This document shows positions 41,720 through 55,459 of a stretch of 64,000 nucleotides of DNA, in pieces. Each line of letters opens with the position of its first letter. The first letter of the stretch is position 1. This DNA is from Octopus bimaculoides (lineage: Eukaryota): assembly GCF_001194135.2 (NCBI RefSeq), contig NC_068996.1, positions 4,389,257 through 4,453,256 of the forward strand. Reading direction: 5' to 3'. Under the pieces are notes generated by a model that worked only from the letters and a program-made list of their open reading frames with translations, was not told the DNA's origin and ran no database searches. A program made the translations under genes and the position numbers.

Positions 41720-42558
41720 ATATATTCACGTACAAGCAAATATTATATATATGTAGCAACACAGGCTAGACCTATCATGGTTAATTGCACCCTTTTTCGT
41801 ACGTTTTATTCACATAAAGTAATTACTATTTACATATTGTAAATTCTATAATTAATGCTTATCATCAAATCGTCAGAGACGTATGTGTCTTATGTGTAAC
41901 AATATTGGATTGAAAAGATACTGGCGCAGTTCATCACCATTGAGAACACCCACGCAATTACATACAGATATACATACACACACGCACACGTACACGCACA
42001 CATATAATCATCAAGTTAGAAGGTATGGGAGGTAAATCTATATTTACTTAAACATGTGACATCCATAGTCTTACGGCCGTTTCACAAACATCTTCATTTA
42101 TTATTAATTTCAGTATGTTAGATATTATGCGTACATGTTTACTTTAATATGTATTATAAAATACAGTTGTATAATACTGGGCGTATATATTTATATAAAC
42201 ATATATGAATACTTTCTTGCATACTGAAATTAATAATAAATGAAGAAGTTTGCAAAACAGCCATAAGCCTATGGATGTCACATAGTTAAAAATAATTTCA
42301 CTTCTATACTCCTGGTTTAATGGTCTTACACACAGTTGATAAAATATCTTCATCGATCAGATCATCTGAACTTCCAGTCACATGGCCACTCTGGGTTACA
42401 CTTCTTTGTAGTTAATTGCTATGTGAACTGATAGCCGAATCCGTTAGATGAGCTTTTTGGTGAGAGTCACTTGATTCTCTGAATCTATATCTTGTACTAT
42501 TCATATGTGTGAGCGCACGCGCGTGTTTCTGTGTATAAGAAATTATAGAAGTTACATA

Positions 42559-42962
42559 GGCGTAGATATGGCAGTGTAATAAGAAGTTTGCTTCCTAACT
42601 ACATGGTTCCAGGTTCAGTCCCACTGCATGGTACCTCGGGCAAGTGTGTTCTACTATAAACATGGGCTGACTAAAGCCTTTTGAGTGGATTTCGTAGACG
42701 GAAACCTGAAGAAGCCTGTCGTATGTATATATATGTGTGTGGTATGTGCGTGTGTTTGTTTGTCCGCCTCTCCACCGCTTGACAACCGGTGTTGGTGTGG
42801 TTATGTCCCCGTAACGTAACGGTTCAGCAAAAATATCGATAGAATAAGTACCAGGCTTTAAAAAAAAGTACTGGGGTTGATACATTCGTCTATAAATTCT
42901 TCAAGGCGTTGCCCCAGCATAGCCGCAGTCTAATTACTGAAACAAGTAAAAGATGAAAGATA
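42559..42962 (+). mobile_element. Full-length SINE family B
   Basis: Head ggcagtgtaataagaagtttgcttcc...ggttcagtcccactgc; CORE-like ctcgggcaagtgtgttctactata; internal (TG)-like tract; tail ccccagcatagccgcagtc...tgaaacaagtaaaagat. Confidence 0.9.
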
Positions 42963-43324
42963 GAGGAAACATTTTCAAGGTCTTTTAATCTGCTAGGAAT
43001 AAGAGCTAAACTCTCTGAAGTTTCCCATGTGGTTCTGTGATAGAAAGTATCAACAACAACAACAACAACAACAACAACACCAACGGCAACAAAGCAATAA
43101 CATCAAGTAATCGTAAATGTTCTCATCTCTCCTTCTGAACTCTTTTGTTCTTTGTGTCAATAATCAAAACAAATACTCTGCGATGCTCAAGTTACTTGCC
43201 TGGTAAATCTGTGAGAGTTGCTATTCCAAGTTTCTCGTTCCCACTCTTCAGGAAACAGTTACCACTTATAGCAACTATGTAACTATATAACGTTTCATAT
43301 CAATGTCCCCCCTCACTACACACA

Positions 43325-43400
<76 letters not shown>

Positions 43401-43401
43401 A

Positions 43402-43455
<54 letters not shown>

Positions 43456-44097
43456 TTTATATATNNNNNNNNNNNNNNNNNNNNNNNNNNNNNNNNNNNN
43501 NNNNNNNNNNNNNNNNNNNNNNNNNNNNNNNNNNNNNNNNNNNNNNNNNNNNNNNNNNNNNNNNNNNNNNNNNNNNNNNNNNNNNNNNNNNNNNNNNNNN
43601 NNNNNNNNNNNNNNNNNNNNNNNNNNNNNNNNNNNNNNNNNNNNNNNNNNNNNNNNNNNNNNNNNNNNNNNNNNNNNNNNNNNNNNNNNNNNNNNNNNNN
43701 NNNNNNNNNNNNNNNNNNNNNNNNNNNNNNNNNNNNNNNNNNNNNNNNNNNNNNNNNNNNNNNNNNNNNNNNNNNNNNNNNNNNNNNNNNNNNNNNNNNN
43801 NNNNNNNNNNNNNNNNNNNNNNNNNNNNNNNNNNNNNNNNNNNNNNNNNNNNNNNNNNNNNNNNNNNNNNNNNNATATATACGGTGGTGCTCCAGCATGG
43901 CCACAGCCGCATGACTGAAACTAGTAAAATAGTAAAAGAAAAAGTATAGATTATAGCTGGTGACGATGGTCTTGTCAACATTGGTAGTAGGGGTGGTGAG
44001 GTGGCAGATAAGGCAGATGGGAAAGACTCGTAAATGACTTTCCCTCTTTTATTTATTCATTGTTGCTATTTTGTTGTTGTTTTTTTTTGTGCTGTAG

Positions 44098-44166
44098 CCA
44101 TGGCTCTGAAGATGGGAAAGGAATGAAATGGAAAGGCGAAGATAGACGCTGTGAAATCTCAGGGAA
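44098..44166 (+). other. Candidate 69-nt exon
   Basis: ttgttgttgtttttttttgtgctgtag|CCATGG...CAGGGAA|gtaagt; one open frame, HGSEDGKGMKWKGEDRRCEISG. Confidence 0.35.
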
Positions 44167-44438
44167 GTAAGTTTACAAGCGAGATGGGTGAAGGGAACTA
44201 ACGATAAGATTTCGGATGTTTGCTCAACTTCAAGTAATGGCGGTAAAAGTAAAAGATAAATTTGTTTAAAATAATAATAACGATGATGAAGGTGATGATG
44301 ATGATCATCATCATCGTCCGTATCACCATGACGATGATGATAATGATGATGAAGGTGATGATATTGGTGATGGTGACGATGATGACGAAGATGAAGGTGA
44401 TGATAATGTTGATGGTGTTGTTGTTGTTGATGATGATG

Positions 44439-44499
<61 letters not shown>

Positions 44500-46247
44500 C
44501 AACAACAACAACAGTAGTAGCAGCAAAAAATAAATGAATGAGAGTCAAAATAAATAGATAAATAGAAGGGATACAATCTCTCCCTGAGAATTTAAAAGAA
44601 AAAGATTAGGGAAAGACAGAAAATAAATAAATAAATAAATAAATAAAGGTGGTTGAAGAAAGACTTGGAGAAATAAAGAGGAGGACGAAGGTGAAGTGGT
44701 GGTGGTGGTGGTGATGGTGGTGGTGGTGGTGATGGAGGTGGTGTTGATATTAGAATGAGAACAAGCAGGAGAGGAAGAAGAAGAAAAAGAAATTTAGGGG
44801 ACATTCAAAGCTGAGTTGTAAGCAGTCGATGTTATATGATTAAAGACGGGGAGGGCTAGGGAGGAGGGGGGAAACCGTTAAATATGATGGGTTAAGAAAA
44901 ATAACAAAAACAAAGTCGTACATACGAATACACATATATATATCCATACACACATATATACATATACATACATATATACATACATATATACATACATATA
45001 TATGTATATATTTATGTATTTATGTATGTATGTACATATGATTGTTTTTAAATTATTTATTTTAATTAAAATCTAATTAAAATGTTTGGAACAGAATCTT
45101 AGGAAACGTTTCTAAAAACAACAACAATAAAAAAAATCTTTAAATAAATCATAGTAATTGAAATTTACAAAAAACAAATGCTAAAAAAAATATTGAGAAA
45201 ATCGCTGTTTTAGGTAACTTGGATGAAAAAAAAAAGTTTTTTTAAACCAAACAGTACAAAAAAAGCAAAAAAAAGCAGAAAGAAAGTAAGAAACAAGTAA
45301 ATCAATAATAGCATCATCGACAACAACAGCAACAACAACCTGGAAAATTATAACTGATTCGAGATGTTGATTGGTTAAAAAGAAACTGACGACAAAAAAA
45401 AAGGGGGGGTACCCGTTGATTGAGTTTTGTGGTGAGGGTTAGATCGAGGATGATGATGATGATGATGAGGGTAATGGTCGTGGTGATGAAGATGATGGAG
45501 ATGATGATGGTGATGGTGGTGGTGGTGGTGGTGGTGGTGGTGGTGGTGATGACGATGATGACGACATCATGATGCTGATGTGGTGGTGGTAACGAAGATG
45601 ATGACGATGATGATAATTGGGAAGATGATGTGGAGGAGGTGGAGGGAGAAGAGGAGGCTGGTAGTATTGTGGGTGACGATGATGATGATGATGATGGTAG
45701 AGGTGGGTGTGGTGATGGTGATGACGATGATGATGGTTGTGATGGTGGTGGTGGTGGTGGTTATTATAGTAATCAGTAGAAACTGTTGCTGCATTTGTTT
45801 TGTTTGTTTGCTTCGTTTTATTATTATTTTTTTATTTATGTTTTGTTTTTTTCCTCCTGCAATTCCTGCAGCTGCGTTTGTAGTTATTGTTGCAGACACT
45901 GGTTTCGTTATTGCTGTTGTTGTTGTTGTTGACTCCAGAATAATTGATTCTTAATTATTTCTGTATTTCTTTTCCTGCAAATTATTTTTTCTTTCTTCTT
46001 TTCCTTAAAAAAAAGTAAACATTTATTCTTTGCATTTTATTTATTTATTTATTATTTTTTCTTTTTTTTTTTTGGGTCACACTATTCTTGCATTAGTGCA
46101 GCAGTGGCTGTTATTGTAGGCATTACCGTTATTACTCCTGCTGCTGCTGCTGCTGCTGCTGCTACTGATAATAGTTAGATTAACAAAATTGCATTTTGGC
46201 TTTTATCTTCATTTATACTTTATTTAAGATTGTTGTTGTTGTTAATA

Positions 46248-46300
<53 letters not shown>

Positions 46301-46961
46301 TGCTTTTGTGGTTTACCAGTAAGGTTTGTTATTGCCATGTTGCCCTTGTTTGTGTGGTCGTTGTTTTTTAAATTATTTCTTATCCAATTGGCTAAATTCA
46401 ATTTTAATTATTTTCTTACTGTCGTAATCCATCCAACTTTTTTTGCAAAACTTCTAATGAAATGCAAACACATACAAAGACACACACTTATACACATTTT
46501 ATAAGCACGTTTGTATTTATCTATTTATCTATCTATCTATATTTCTCAATCTATATGCATACACACACACACATATATATATATAACCGTGTCTTTCAGA
46601 CTGTTTGTGTTCAATTTTTTTGTTTATGCTTTTTTTTCTATTACATATATAACTTATATTTTAGTAAGTATTTGTAACTGTTATAATTAAAGCAATGTTC
46701 TCGTTGCTTCCGTAACAACAACAATAGGGGAAAATATCTTAGATTGTCGGCAAAAATGCCTTGAGCCATTTCATAAGAGATCTTCAGTTAGATTTAGAAT
46801 CCAAGCCCTTCCACGGCCAGGTTTGCCTTTCACCCCTTTCAAGATAATAAAATAATATTCCAGTGAGATATTGGGGTTGATTTAATCGACTAAAACTTAC
46901 TCCGAGATTTCTAGCGCTGTGCCTAAGTTGTAAAGACGTTTATATACCTATAGACACATAA

Positions 46962-47119
46962 GGCCTGAAATCATTGCTTAACTGCTACTTATTTTATCGA
47001 TTCTGAAAGGCAAAAGGCAAAGTGGACCTCGGCGGAATTTGAACTCAGAACGTAAAGATAGATGCAATGCCGCTAAGCATTTTGTCCGTCGCTCTGAAGC
47101 TTCTGCCAGTTCACTGCCT
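46962..47119 (-). mobile_element. SINE family A
   Basis: gacctcggcggaatttgaactcagaacgtaaagatagatgcaatgccgctaagcattttgtcc...ttctgccagttcactgcc. Confidence 0.88.
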
Positions 47120-47822
47120 TGTCGAGACATTTAATTCCGACAATATAACGATATTCGTAATGCTGTCGTGGTTATTGTTGTTTAAGAGGACGTTGTCTTT
47201 GTCGTGTTTGTTGTCGAAGCGGTTGATTGTGGTTTTTCAAACATTGCCGAAAACTGTTTTGTCATCGTTCCCCTCATTGTTCTTTTATGTTTCTGATGGT
47301 GGTGGTGGTGGTGGTGGTGGTGAAGGGGTAGAGCAGCGGTGGTGGTGTTGCTGTGGTAGTGGTGGTGGCAGTGGAGAAATTCATGTTTATGTAGTGTTAC
47401 TACTGTCATCGTCGTTCTCGTCATCGTCGTTCTCGTCATCGTCCTCCTTAACTCCAATGATTCCTCACCCCAACCCCGTCTTTGGAAAGATATCTCGGAT
47501 GAAGACTAAAAATATTATATACGAGGTTGTCGATTTTCTATTTTAATATCATAATGTCTGATTTGACTAAGGTCTGGCTGTTATTTCTAGTGGTTGTGGT
47601 ACTGGCGGTGGCGGTGGTTGTTGTTGTTGTTGTGGTGGTGGACGTGGTATCTTCAATTTCGTTTATTGTCATTGTGAAGACACTCCATGTGATTGGTGAT
47701 AGTCAGTTGTCATTGTTCGTAGTTGTCCGTGGCTGACAGCAGCTGGGGGTAAGCTTGGAGCCAAAGATGAGGCTGCTTAGGTGGGGTCGTTCGACCAGCA
47801 TTTACATATATCATCCTCAAAT

Positions 47823-47901
<79 letters not shown>

Positions 47902-47960
47902 ATACACATACACACACATACATACACACACACACACACACACATACACATACACACACA

Positions 47961-48001
<41 letters not shown>

Positions 48002-48321
48002 ATATATGCACACAAAGAGACATGTTAGATAACGGTCGTCCTACGTATATTCGCTAAAAAAGAAGAAAAAAATATACTGGATGGTCACAGCTGGAATTCC
48101 TATGATCATACGTATGCTGGGCGTAGCTGGGGGTAGCTGGGGTAGATGGAGTAGTTAGGACAGCGGCATCTTAACAACAACAATAACAACAACCGCTGCT
48201 ACCAATCAACTTCATCATCATAGTCGTCGTCGTCGTCGTCGTCGTGTCATCACCATCCCAACAAACACCATTGTCATCAATTACAACAAGGACAAGAAAC
48301 AGCAGCGGTAGCAGCAGCAGC

Positions 48322-48388
<67 letters not shown>

Positions 48389-48852
48389 TGACAGCAGCAG
48401 CAGCAGCAGCGGTAGCCGTTGCGGCTGTTACGATGATAGCGGTAAAAGTGCCACTAACATAACATTTAAGTATGTCCTGCTTCTGAAGAATGAAATGTGA
48501 TTGTCATCGTCCATTTGTCACCGCTTCCAATTGTCTGTCTGCATACAAACACATACATACATACATACATACATACATACATACATACGCACGTACATAC
48601 ATACACACACATACATACGTATATACATACATACATACATACATACATAGAAACATACATATATATACATACATACANNNNNNNNNNATACATACATACA
48701 TACATACATAGAAACATACATATATATACATACATACATACACGCATACATACACGTACATACACACGCACACACATACATACATACATACATACATACA
48801 TGCATACATACATACATGTATGCGTAGATATGCATTCATATATTTCTTTCTT

Positions 48853-48890
<38 letters not shown>

Positions 48891-49000
48891 TCACACACTT
48901 ACCCGGACACGCACACACACACACACACATAACTGTGAAATCTGCCTTTCTCATCATCTTCACGATCCACTCCCACGCGCGCGGTTTCTCAACTCCTTTC

Positions 49001-49036
49001 TAACCGTAACCCTAACCGTAACCCTAACCCTAACCC
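49001..49036 (-). repeat. Interstitial telomere-like repeat
   Basis: Plus strand TAACCG TAACCC TAACCG TAACCC TAACCC TAACCC, which reads as (TTAGGG/TTACGG)n on the minus strand. Confidence 0.85.
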
Positions 49037-49429
49037 TATTCTTTCTTCTTCCTACTCCTCTTTCTACTCCCACCCGTCTCCTCTTCCTCTCCCTCTCACC
49101 ATCTTCTTCTTCTCTCTCTCCTTCATCATAATTGCATGCGATGAACATCCTTTCTTTTCTACAGTTTCATCACCAGCACCATCAGCATCAACTGCGACAG
49201 CAACATTTCCGTCACCAGCCCGGGAGGGGAGTCCCTAAGTGGTTGCTTCAAACTGCTAGACATAATGGCTAATTCTCCCCTAAATTACATATGCCGTTTT
49301 TTGAGTGATGAAAGGCTACATTAGAAAACGCAGTTCCGGACATACACATACGAGGTGATCAAGGCTGGAACGCTTGATCTGTTGCTGATCTCGTGGGTTA
49401 TGCGACAACAGTGATATTTATTACAAAAA

Positions 49430-49612
49430 TTGCTGGCTGAACCGTTAGCGTGCCGAGCAACATTCTGAGTTCAAATTCCGCCGAGGTTGACCTTGCATTT
49501 TAACCTTTCGGAATCGATAGAATAAAAATAAGTACCAGTTGCGTACTGGTGGGGGTGGAGGATCGATGTAATCGACCTACGTCCTTCCTCGAAACTGCTC
49601 GCATTGTACTGA
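49430..49612 (+). mobile_element. SINE family A with internal deletion
   Basis: gaaccgttagcgtgccgagcaacattctgagttcaaattccgccgaggttgaccttgc...aagtaccagttgcgtactgg. Confidence 0.8.
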
Positions 49613-49701
49613 CACTAGCAGTCACTACCAGAAACAGCTAAGTCATTATCACAATTATTATTAGTAGCACTACAAACTATTTTCGCAACAACAAACTTTT
49701 A

Positions 49702-49820
49702 GCCCCGCCCCTCATCACAAACAACAATAACAAACCACTGAATGCACCTCTATGTAGTCATATTTCATCCTTGTATTTTCTTGAACTAGAAATAAAAACA
49801 CAGAGGTCAATACAGCCAAT
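49702..49820 (+). promoter_or_regulatory. GC box and CCAAT box (possible promoter)
   Basis: gccccgcccc at 49702-49711 and cagccaat with CCAAT at 49816-49820, about 2.5 kb upstream of candidate exon 52363. Motif evidence only. Confidence 0.2.
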
Positions 49821-50589
49821 AAAAGTACGGTGATATTTAGAAAACATTTGACCGTAGGTCCGATGGATCAGGTTTGACTTGCGTCTAAACAACAGCAGTT
49901 GACATGAAGAAAACCTGACTTTATATTTTATATGAATTTCATAACAACTTACAACATTTCCCAGCTAGCAATAAATTTCAAGTCTTGATGTCTAATTATG
50001 AAGCCAATTTCCTCAAACTCCGACATTACATAGGCGTGGATATTGCTGTGTGAAGTTCGCATCGCAAGCGCCTGGATTCATGTTCTGTCTCAACAGAAAA
50101 TTAAGAAAGTTTCTTCTTATTTCTGTTTGATACCTTCTGAATGGAATATCGTAAACGAAAACTACGCAGAGACCTGCCACGCTTTCCTATATATGTGGGT
50201 ACGTGCGTGAAAGCGGATATATGTGTGTGTATATATACATGATTTATATATATATATATACAAACACACATCCACACACACACACATATATATATATACA
50301 CATATACATTAAACACGCTCATATCTAAGTGTATATGATATATATACGCATGTAATATATGTACGTGTGCGCATGGCTGTGTGAATGCACACGGCCATTG
50401 GCTGCAGTTTTCTTTTTTATTACTATTGATTGCAAATACAACCCGTGCTTATGTTTTCATTGGAGGAGTGATCCACTCAAAGCACAACAATATCTATTTC
50501 AACACACGTTTTGCATCAACGAAAGTGCGAAACAGATATTACATGAAAATTTTCTGTGTGCTTGTGTAAGCATATACATCAGTGTGTGC

Positions 50590-50625
<36 letters not shown>

Positions 50626-50914
50626 GCGTGTGCGTGTGCGTGTGTGTGTACCATTCTTACCATTTTTAAACACAACGGACCAATGGTTTGATCTCCGGAA
50701 CTCTCTAACTGACAAACCCTAACGAAAATAGAGATAAATCTATAAATTTAATGAACATATATTTTTGCAAATTCACATTGTTTTTGCGTTATTCAAACAA
50801 TATATATTTTTCTTGTATAGCCCTAGGTCAGCCCCGACCGAAGAGAACGATGATCAAACGTGCTTCAGTCTGATGTATATTTGTACATTTGAAGCTTCCT
50901 CTTTGCTATAACGC

Positions 50915-51306
50915 GTGGCTAAGTGGTTAGCATATTCGGCTTACGATGATCGTGAGGTCGTTAGTTCGATTCCGGTGATGCGTTGTATCCTTGAGCAAGN
51001 NNNNNNNNNTCGGCTTACGATGATCGTAAGGTCGTTAGTTCGATTCCGGTGATGCGTTGTATCCTTGAGCAAGACACTTTATTTCACGTTGCTCCAGTCT
51101 ACTCAGCCGATAAAAATGTGTTGTACCTGTGTTTCAAAGGGGGCCAACTTTGTCACATTCGGTGTTACGCTGAATCTCCCTGAGAATTACGCTTGGAGTA
51201 CTCGTGCCTGTGGAATGCTCAGCCACTTGCATATTAATTTCATGAGCAGACTGTGACGTTGATCGGATCAACTGGAACCCTCGTCGTCGTAACCGACGGA
51301 GAACCA
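50915..51306 (+). mobile_element. tRNA/CORE-head SINE sharing its 3' half with family C
   Basis: A box gtggctaagtgg, B box agttcgattcc, CORE-like ccttgagcaagacactttatttcacgttgctccagtc, tail ...gatcggatcaactggaaccctcgtcgtcgtaaccgacggag. Perfect 8-bp TSD TATAACGC at 50907-50914 and 51311-51318. Confidence 0.88.
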
Positions 51307-51473
51307 GTTTTATAACGCTGGGTCATGATATGAAGGTAATTTGGTTGCTATTTCTTACAGTTTGCGCAACCGCATAGAGGCTTTGCGAACTTGTAAGTGA
51401 AACTTTAGAGACGGAAACTGCGCGGAAAACCATTGAATACATACGTCAGCACGTGTGTGTGTGTGTGTATAAA

Positions 51474-51543
51474 TATATTCTTTTACTTGTTTCAGTCATT
51501 TGACTGCGGCCATGCTGGAGCGCCGCCTTTAGTCGAGTAAATC
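51474..51543 (-). mobile_element. SINE family B 3' end fragment
   Basis: cttttacttgtttcagtcatttgactgcggccatgctggagcgccgcctttagtcgag. Confidence 0.85.
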
Positions 51544-52105
51544 TAGTGAGAGTACTCACTAGAATACATAGAAAATTTCATTAATTGAGACTGGATTTCT
51601 TTCTGGCGATTCGAGTTTATGAAACAACGATCGTTCGTTCCATTTGTAGTTTTTGAAATATTCTGTAAACGATTTAAACAGGTGCCTTTTTTTTTCCTAC
51701 AAAAAAATATAGTGTTTCACTGTTTAATTTTTTCTCTCGTTTTTCTTTCCGTTGTTTTAAACTGTGGGTAGCAAATTTAACAGAGGCCTGTTCAAAATCC
51801 TGTCTGTTATCTCCCTGCATCATTTTAAGTCCAAAGTCCAAATCTTAATAGCTTGATTTTACCTATTATCTTTCTTGAGTCAATAGACTAAATGCCAGCT
51901 GAATGCTAAGGTCCAATTTATGAGTACGTACCCATTTTTTTAAAAACACTGGCTTCGTATCAACTTTAGAAATTTTAATTCCAAAAACTGGTCACTTTGT
52001 TTTCTTTATTACCAACAATTTCAGAACACAAGCGAACAAAGTAAACAAGCCACCAGACGAAAACAAAAATATTATGTCTATTTGTTCATTATGTCCGATT
52101 GTCCA

Positions 52106-52185
<80 letters not shown>

Positions 52186-52362
52186 CGTACACTCACACAT
52201 AGGATTTCACATTTTCATCAATAAATCCAGTTTCTAAGCCACAGTTTTGCAACCGAATGCTTGTCCTTGAGTATTTTGTGATCATGAGTGTTGAAACTGT
52301 ATTTGTGTATCATTCTGTATGTATGTGTTTCTGATCCTTAATCTCTCTTTCCAACTCCACAG

Positions 52363-52501
52363 GACGAAAAAAATACAAAAGATACAAACACGATTCTTAC
52401 CAGAGCTTCTTTAAATTAATCCCGGCTTAATGAAATTTGACAATTTGCCGCTTTCGGCAAGCATTTTGACGAAAAGAATGTCTATCAAATTTGAAGACAA
52501 G
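52363..52501 (+). other. Candidate 139-nt start-codon-containing exon
   Basis: Branch-like cttaat, tract ctctctttccaactccacag|, strong donor AAG|gtaagt. All frames are closed at the 5' end, so the 5' part is UTR. Confidence 0.55.
52430..52501 (+). CDS. Putative first coding segment MKFDNLPLSASILTKRMSIKFEDK (phase-0 intron); product unknown
   Basis: ATG at 52430 and in-frame ATG at 52478 run open to the donor at 52501/52502; no recognisable homology. Confidence 0.35.
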
Positions 52502-53148
52502 GTAAGTGTGTGTCACAAATTTATTTCCTGAACCTTTATCATCTTATAAATGACCAGGCGATGCTTGTAACCTCTTACGAGCTCTTAGCAGCTCATATTA
52601 GATATAAACTTCAAACGACTGACCAAATACACAGTAGGATGTTCACAGCGCCACTTCACATATATATCTGACCTCTAATGAGAGAGGGGGAGAGAAAGAA
52701 AAAAAAAGGGGGAGAAGAAAAAGAGAGAGAGAAAGAAATAGAGAGATTGCATGAATGAGATATGGCGTGTCTAGAGTGGGGGGATAAGAGTGGGAGTTGC
52801 CAGTTACCTCTTCGAAGCTGGTGAGAAACGCAGGTTATAGAGACCTAAGGCCTCCGTTATTGACTCACTGAGATGTTTTAGCTTTGATATCTAATTAGAC
52901 AGGATTTACCAATAATTTCTCGCAATAAGTGTCACAGAACTGTTAGAGTTTGAAGATATAAATCACCGATTCATCAAGATGCTTCGTTACAGTATTCAGT
53001 TACCCTCATTAATTAACATCTAAATCAGCTAGAACAAATAAGTTATCTTTAAGAAAACTTGTATAGAATAATAATATCAAATTATTTGTAGTTGATACCA
53101 ACGGATATCCAGAAATCGATATCTGAAATTTGCAAAAAGAACCAGATA

Positions 53149-53188
<40 letters not shown>

Positions 53189-53229
53189 ATCTATCTATCT
53201 GCCTGTCTGTCTGTCTGTCTGTCTGCCTG

Positions 53230-53285
<56 letters not shown>

Positions 53286-53708
53286 GCCATCCATCCATCT
53301 ACCCATCCATCCATCCATCTATCTATCTATCCATCCATCCATCCATCTATCTATCTATCTATCTGTCTATCTATCTATCTATCTATCTATCTGTCTATCT
53401 ATCTATCTATCTATCTATGCGTGTGTTTGTGCATGAATATTTATACAACTACCTCTCTGTCTCTATATATTTACAAATCTATACACACGCGCGCGCATAT
53501 ACACACGCATATATACCTACATATATGCATAAACGGTGTTATCTTAACGAAATGTTAGACTAACAACCGAACATTTACTCAAGTATGAATTCATTACTAA
53601 GAGTAAAGTTAAGCTAATATTATAATTCACAATACCTCAGACTTCAACTTTCACCTGTCGGCTTATTCAGCCTTTTGTATGCCAAAGTTTAAAACAGACT
53701 TCTTGGTA

Positions 53709-53750
<42 letters not shown>

Positions 53751-53996
53751 TAGTAAACGATTACCAATTTACTCTTAGTTAGATATTCAAAATACGTTAT
53801 TCAACAGTTAACATATAAATCCAGTAAAGTTCTTATAAGATCAAAAAAATTAGAGGAATATTCCGTTGGATAATTCTGAATATATTTCCTTAACCATACA
53901 GGTTTCCTGGAGTATGAATATTGACAATATTAAAATTAAGGATTACTCCGAAGTAGCAATGGCATTACCTTTAATCCTATAATTATATACCACCTT

Positions 53997-54087
53997 TTAA
54001 GACCGACACATGTTTCAGTTGCATCGATTAGGAATCGTTGCAATTGCAACCATACTATAGAAACGTGCAATCTCCTCAGGGTCTTAA
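53997..54087 (-). ncRNA. PLE-associated type I hammerhead ribozyme with expanded stem II
   Basis: UUAAGACC-CUGAGGA-GAUUGCA[42-nt insert]UGCAACU-GAAA-C(AUGU)G-UC|GGUCUUAA. Perfect 8-bp stem I, intact core, GUC triplet (cleavage 54005/54004). Confidence 0.85.
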
Positions 54088-54252
54088 CTTGATATCTCTT
54101 GGTATTGCCATTTAATGATTTTCTTTTATAAACTCTGCGTTGTATAATTCAGAGCTGTCCGTTGTCAGACGCAAACAATCTCTATTTCAAGTTCTTGTTG
54201 GATAATTATTTTCAATCCATAATTTCAAAACCTTGTAAAGTTTAAATAACAA

Positions 54253-54669
54253 TTATTTATAATTGGCAAATGTGAATTTCCTCTTGTGTAAGCATCTCAA
54301 TACTTGCTCCTGTCTAGCATTTATTACATTACCTTTAGATGTGAAAATTCTGTAAAATTCTTCTGAACGAAGGTCACGCCTATAGGTTCCTGTATGGTTT
54401 TGCAGTACAAATTAATTCCCATTTAATCTTATAGTCCTTGTACTGTTCCTGGAAGGCCAGATTAATTTTCTAAAACTCGTTTGGAACCTTTTTTTGTTTT
54501 TGTTTATAAATAACCTCAAGTAATTTGCCAGTCTCCTCTTGAAAATTAATGATGTCCTACCGATGTGAAACAATTCCTTACCTTCAGATGTAACTATACA
54601 TCTATACATTACATTTTTCGTTTTACACTTATTTTCTATATAACAGGATTCTCGTTCAGAACAATTGCA
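54253..54669 (-). mobile_element. Penelope-like retroelement C-terminal GIY-YIG endonuclease remnant (pseudogenised, 2 frameshifts)
   Basis: CNCSERESCYIENKCKTKNVMYRCIVTSEGKELFHIGRTSLIFKRRLAN...TSFRKLIW /fs/ QEQYKDYKIKWELICTAKPY /fs/ RDLRSEEFYRIF...INARQEQVLRCLHKRKFTFANYK*. This matches the Cys linker plus GIY-YIG layout of PLE endonucleases. Confidence 0.85.
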
Positions 54670-54934
54670 AGGATAGCCTTTTATATATTTATATATATAC
54701 TGAGGTGATAGCTATATACTATTAGCACATCATAGTGGATCGTGGCTAGCGTAGTATTCCAGAGTCAGTAGGAGATCAGTGTGACTTAGACTAATAATAC
54801 TAAAGAGGCAACTACACAACTCCGTGGCCAGATTCAATAGTCTTAATATAATGTGCTGCGATATAACAGTTATCGTGTCCAGAGTATTCCGTTAGTCTTT
54901 TAGACAAAACAGTCTGTTTTTTTTTTGACCGGAT

Positions 54935-54989
<55 letters not shown>

Positions 54990-55427
54990 GCTGTTGTTGC
55001 TGCTGTTACTATTGTTGTTGTTGTTGCTGCTGCAGTGTAGTCCTATCTCATTCCTCGATAGAGTTATACTCGGGGTGAATAACTTCTCAACCGTAGCCAA
55101 TGTGTCATTATATAAGACGACAGGAAATGATTCGATGTAAATTTAGTTTTGTTGCTATTTCTAACAGATCGAGCAAGCAGGTAGACGCCCTTTTGTTCGG
55201 TTTGTGGGTGGTTGCTGTTGATATGCTTTCTTGGTATTTTCACTGATGTATTTTAGTGCCGGTTTGGTGTGCTGTATGACAACAAACACGCACACACACA
55301 TAGACAAGCACGCACGCTCACATACTCACCCATATATATATATATATATATACATCTGTATACATGTATGTATATATGCATACATTAACACACACTTGTA
55401 TATGTGTATATATATATTTATATATGC

Positions 55428-55459
<32 letters not shown>

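Noticed and set aside
50935-51074. 65-bp duplication within the SINE head
   Set aside because: The copies flank a 10-N gap and differ by one base; likely an allelic contig overlap.
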